Program-made: the position numbers and the translations under genes
Part shown: piece by piece, positions 60,640-64,000 of the stretch
How the letters are laid out: the number at the start of each line of letters is the position of its first letter
Position numbering within the stretch: the first letter of the stretch is position 1
Assembly (NCBI GenBank): GCA_043228905.1
Contig: JBHGNT010000012.1
Span: forward strand, 12,648,001 to 12,712,000
Reading direction: 5' to 3'
From: Azolla caroliniana
Taxonomy: Eukaryota > Plantae > Polypodiophyta
DNA length: 64,000 bases
The notes under the pieces: model-generated
Database searches by the model: none
The model's input: the letters and a program-made list of their open reading frames with translations, nothing else
What the model was told of the DNA's origin: nothing

Positions 60640-62100
60640 CATATTACACAATGTACCAATCATGAACAATGTACTACTCACATAGTTCCTAAATTATTGA
60701 ACTAGTACTAATAAGGAACACTGTACTGCTCACTTAGTTCCCAATTTACACAAGTAGTACTAATCATGCACAATATACACAAGTAGTACTAATCATGCAC
60801 AATATACTACTCACTTAGTTACCAAATTACACAAGGAGTACTAATCCCGAACAATGTACCACTGACTTAGTCAAATTAAAAAGTAGTACTAATCTTGAAC
60901 AATGTACTACTCACTTGTTTCCTAAATTACTGAACTAGTACTAATAAGGAACAATGTACTGCTCACTTAGTTCCCAATATACACGATTAGTACTAATCAT
61001 GCACAATATACACAAGTAGTACTAATCATGCACAATATACTACTCACTTAGTTACCAAATTACACAAGGAGTACTAATCCCGAACAATGTACCACTGACT
61101 TAGTCAAATTAAAAAGTAGTACTAATCTTGAACAATGTACTACTCACTTGTTTCCTAAATTACTGAACTAGTTCTAATAAGGAACAATGTACTGCTCACT
61201 TAGTTCCCAATATACACGATTAGTACTAATCATGCACAATATACACAAGTAGTACTAATCATGCACAATATACTACTCACTTAGTTACCAAATTACACAA
61301 GGAGTACTAATCCCGAACAATGTACCACTGACTTAGTCAAATTAAAAAGTAGTACTAATCTTGAACAATGTACTACTCACTTGTTTCCTAAATTACTGAA
61401 CTAGTACTAATAAGGAACAATCTACTGCTCACTTAGTTCCCAATATACACGATTAGTACTAATCATGCACAATATACACAAGTAGTACTAATCATGCACA
61501 ATATACTACTCACTTAGTTACCAAATTACACAAGGAGTACTAATCCCGAACAATGTACTGCTCACTTAGTTCCCAATTTACATAAGTAGTACTAATCATG
61601 CACAATATACTACTCACTTAGTTACCAAATTACACAAGGAGTACTAATCCCAAACAATGTAATGCTCACTTAGTTCCCAATATACACAAGTAGTACTAAT
61701 CATGCACAATATACTACTCACTTAGTTACCAAATTACACAAGGAGTACTAATCCCGAACAATGTACCACTGACTTAGTCAAATTACACAATTAGTACTAA
61801 TCGTGAACAATGTACTACTCAACAATGTACCACTGACTTAGTCAAATTACACAATTAGTACTAATCCTACAAAATGTACTACTCACTTATTTTCTAGATT
61901 ACTGATCTAGTACTAATAAGGTACAAAACTAGTACTAATAAGGAACAAAGTACTACTCAGTTCCCAAATTACAAAACTAGTATTAATCATGAGCAATGTA
62001 CTAGTAACTTAGCTCACAAAGTACAGAACTAGTACTAATCATGAACCATGTAGTACTTACTAAGTACTAATCCAACAAATGTAGATTGGTATTTTGCACA
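60640..62100. repeat. AGTACT-rich higher-order tandem array (233-bp unit built of ~50-bp subunits), intronic
   Basis: ACTAG(T/A)CTAATAAGGAACA-type unit start at 60701, 60934, 61167 and 61400; subunit ~TAGTACTAATC..AACAATGTACTACTCACTTAGT. Confidence 0.92.
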
Positions 62101-62629
62101 CAAGTAATACTAAACATGATATGTGTTCTACACACCTAGTTACATAACTTGTACTAATTACACCAACAGTATTAATCTTGAATAGTATTAGTACTAAATG
62201 TGATATGTGTTTGACACACCTCATTTCCAGATTACAATAATTGTACTATTATTCAGCAATTTACTATACACCTTGTTCCCAAATTACATTACTAGTACTA
62301 ATTCCCAAGTTACACAAACAATACTAACAGTCAACAATGTACTATAAGTATAGTGTTTACTAAACTAATACTAGGCAAGTTGCAATATAGATTGGACGAT
62401 GTTGTACCTGGTTCCCTTTTAGTACTACTAATTCTGGAAAATATCCCTACAACTACACATACCAATTATATATTAAGAGTACTTCCAATACTAACCCACA
62501 TAATTAGGGTTCCACCTAATAGTTGTTAGAGATTACACTAAATTTGAAGTATGAATTGTGGCATACACTAGTTCTAGTCCAAATGTTAATTGACATCATA
62601 TAATACAAACAATAGAATAGTAGAGCCAC

Positions 62630-63966
62630 ATACCGTACGGGTGTACTTTTAAACCCCAAGCATAGCACCACTCAGCCGCAATTGTAGTTTTACAGTCCAT
62701 ACATGTATTCTCTGTCTCAAAATGATACTTAGCACATAGCACATGATATGTGTGCAAGCATGGTGTAATCACAACATCCATAGCCTCCAGCTTGAATCCG
62801 AGGCCACAAAATATACACCTGGAAGATTACAAACACAAGTTATAATATATTAGCTGCTCACTTATTTATACCAGAGAAGTAGAAATAAATAACTTTTAAA
62901 GCCAATACCGTGATATAACTATACTAATAATGGTACTTTCTATACCACTTGGGTGCTCAATTACAGATGGACACAAAGTATCAAAACCATTTTGTTTTAA
63001 ATCCTGCATCAAGCATGCAAGGTTCTCAGAATGCAACTTTAAGGCTGACAACTTATTATCTATTTCTTCATGTGCATTCCTACAAGTATCAAGGTCTCTC
63101 ATCTGTGAACCTAATTGAGTGCCCATATTGTTCAGCTCTTTCTTCAACTCCTCTTTCAACACCTCACTTTCTGAATTTTGGATTGTCCATGCAATCCATT
63201 CATATGTAGTTTTTATTGAAGAAAATTTCTTTTCTGCCTGTATCTCAGCTGATTTAACTGCTTCCAAATCAGCAAGTAGTACTTGTATTCTTGAGCTCAT
63301 AGAAGCTATGCAACCGGCCATCATCTGTTTATGCTTTTCAGCCATTGTGGCCCGTACCTTTGCCTCTAGAACTTGGTGGACAGGTGTTGTAGCTGGAATA
63401 TCCACATGAGAGGTTCCAGATGACTTCAAGCCAGTGTTGGTACTGGAGGACCCTTTGTAATGTTCTGACCGGTGCCGATTAAAATCTTCCCAATTTACGT
63501 CAATGCCACCTTGAACTTCACATGCAAAAGCACGTGCAAAAACAGTACCCACCTCATTGTTAGTGATTTGATTTGTATCATAAACATGTTCGTATCTCGT
63601 CTTCAATAAATTCATGTATTCCCTCTTCAAACCACTTATGTGGAATCCTCGCCTTGTGTCAGGATGTGCTGACCCCCAGGTTTTTAACAACCACTCTCTC
63701 AGCTCTGGATAAACGTCAGGTCGTGCTCGAAGGAAATAATTCCATCCAAGAGGTGTGTCTCGACTGATGGAGTGGTACATCTTCTTTCTCTGTGTTGATG
63801 AATTCATCACCCTTTCTCTTGTGGGTGTCTTCTTGCTTTCTTTCATGGGTGTCCTTCTTCCTTCCTTCATTGGTGTCTTCACTTTCTCTTTCATCAATGT
63901 CTTCTTTATGGGTGTCCTTCTCGTCATTTTCCTAGTCAACACAATTCTCAGGGAATGAATATGCAT
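62630..63966 (-). CDS. Transposon cargo gene: N-terminal domain + coiled coil + RING-H2 zinc finger (multi-exon, 5' end at or beyond window edge)
   Basis: Exon starting ~62819 reads CIFCGLGFKLEAMDVVITPCLHTYHVLCAKYHFETENTCMDC (C-x2-C...C-x-H-x2-H-x2-C...C-x2-C); upstream exon has a heptad-rich segment; AG acceptor directly precedes the RING exon. Confidence 0.65.
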
Positions 63967-64000
63967 GTACTAGAAGAAAACTCAAGCAATTACCATCTCC

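Larger units (their letters stand above)
41601..64000 (+). mobile_element. Large DNA transposon, Sola2-like (tentative superfamily); right end outside window
   Basis: Abrupt junction with the Ty3 at 41600/41601 (terminus GGGTCGAAGC); spliced transposase with CxCxxH, DFAENY..QNEVQSMHW, SDDKKHD, WSDGAASQFK, FGSGHGKGEHDGAG; convergent minus-strand cargo genes; shared GTAC-rich sequence. TIR and TSD cannot be verified. Confidence 0.6.

Noticed and set aside
60640-62100. GTAC/AGTACT arrays as the target of the ParB-MTase
   Set aside because: Attractive (AGTACT is a known bacterial 4mC site), but the two loci are separated by unrelated elements and the MTase region itself is not GTAC-rich; no support in this window.

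Overview
Eukaryotic (land-plant, probably seed-free vascular plant/fern-like) nuclear DNA. One clear host gene, an intronless EMS1/EXS-type LRR receptor kinase (3575-7492), sits behind a microsatellite-rich upstream region and is followed by ~55 kb of nested transposons: a decayed L1; five Ty1/copia copies (two intact and young: 41668-47109 and 50438-55850); a chromovirus Ty3 fragment; an RTEX-like LINE; and a >22 kb Sola2-like DNA transposon carrying a RING-H2 gene, a captured URB2-like fragment and GTAC-rich intronic arrays. Most notable: (1) an intron-containing, pseudogenised gene fusing a ParB-like domain to a beta-class amino (6mA/4mC) DNA methyltransferase-like domain (24068-26528); (2) a ~1 kb TRIM with two opposed tRNA-Arg primer-binding sites and no polypurine tract (10843-11838); (3) a gag-only LTR element whose LTRs carry a tRNA-like Pol III A/B-box module and repeated GGAUU-loop hairpins (15494-19078, solo LTR 13893-14749). 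Family and homology assignments come from recalled motifs, not database searches.
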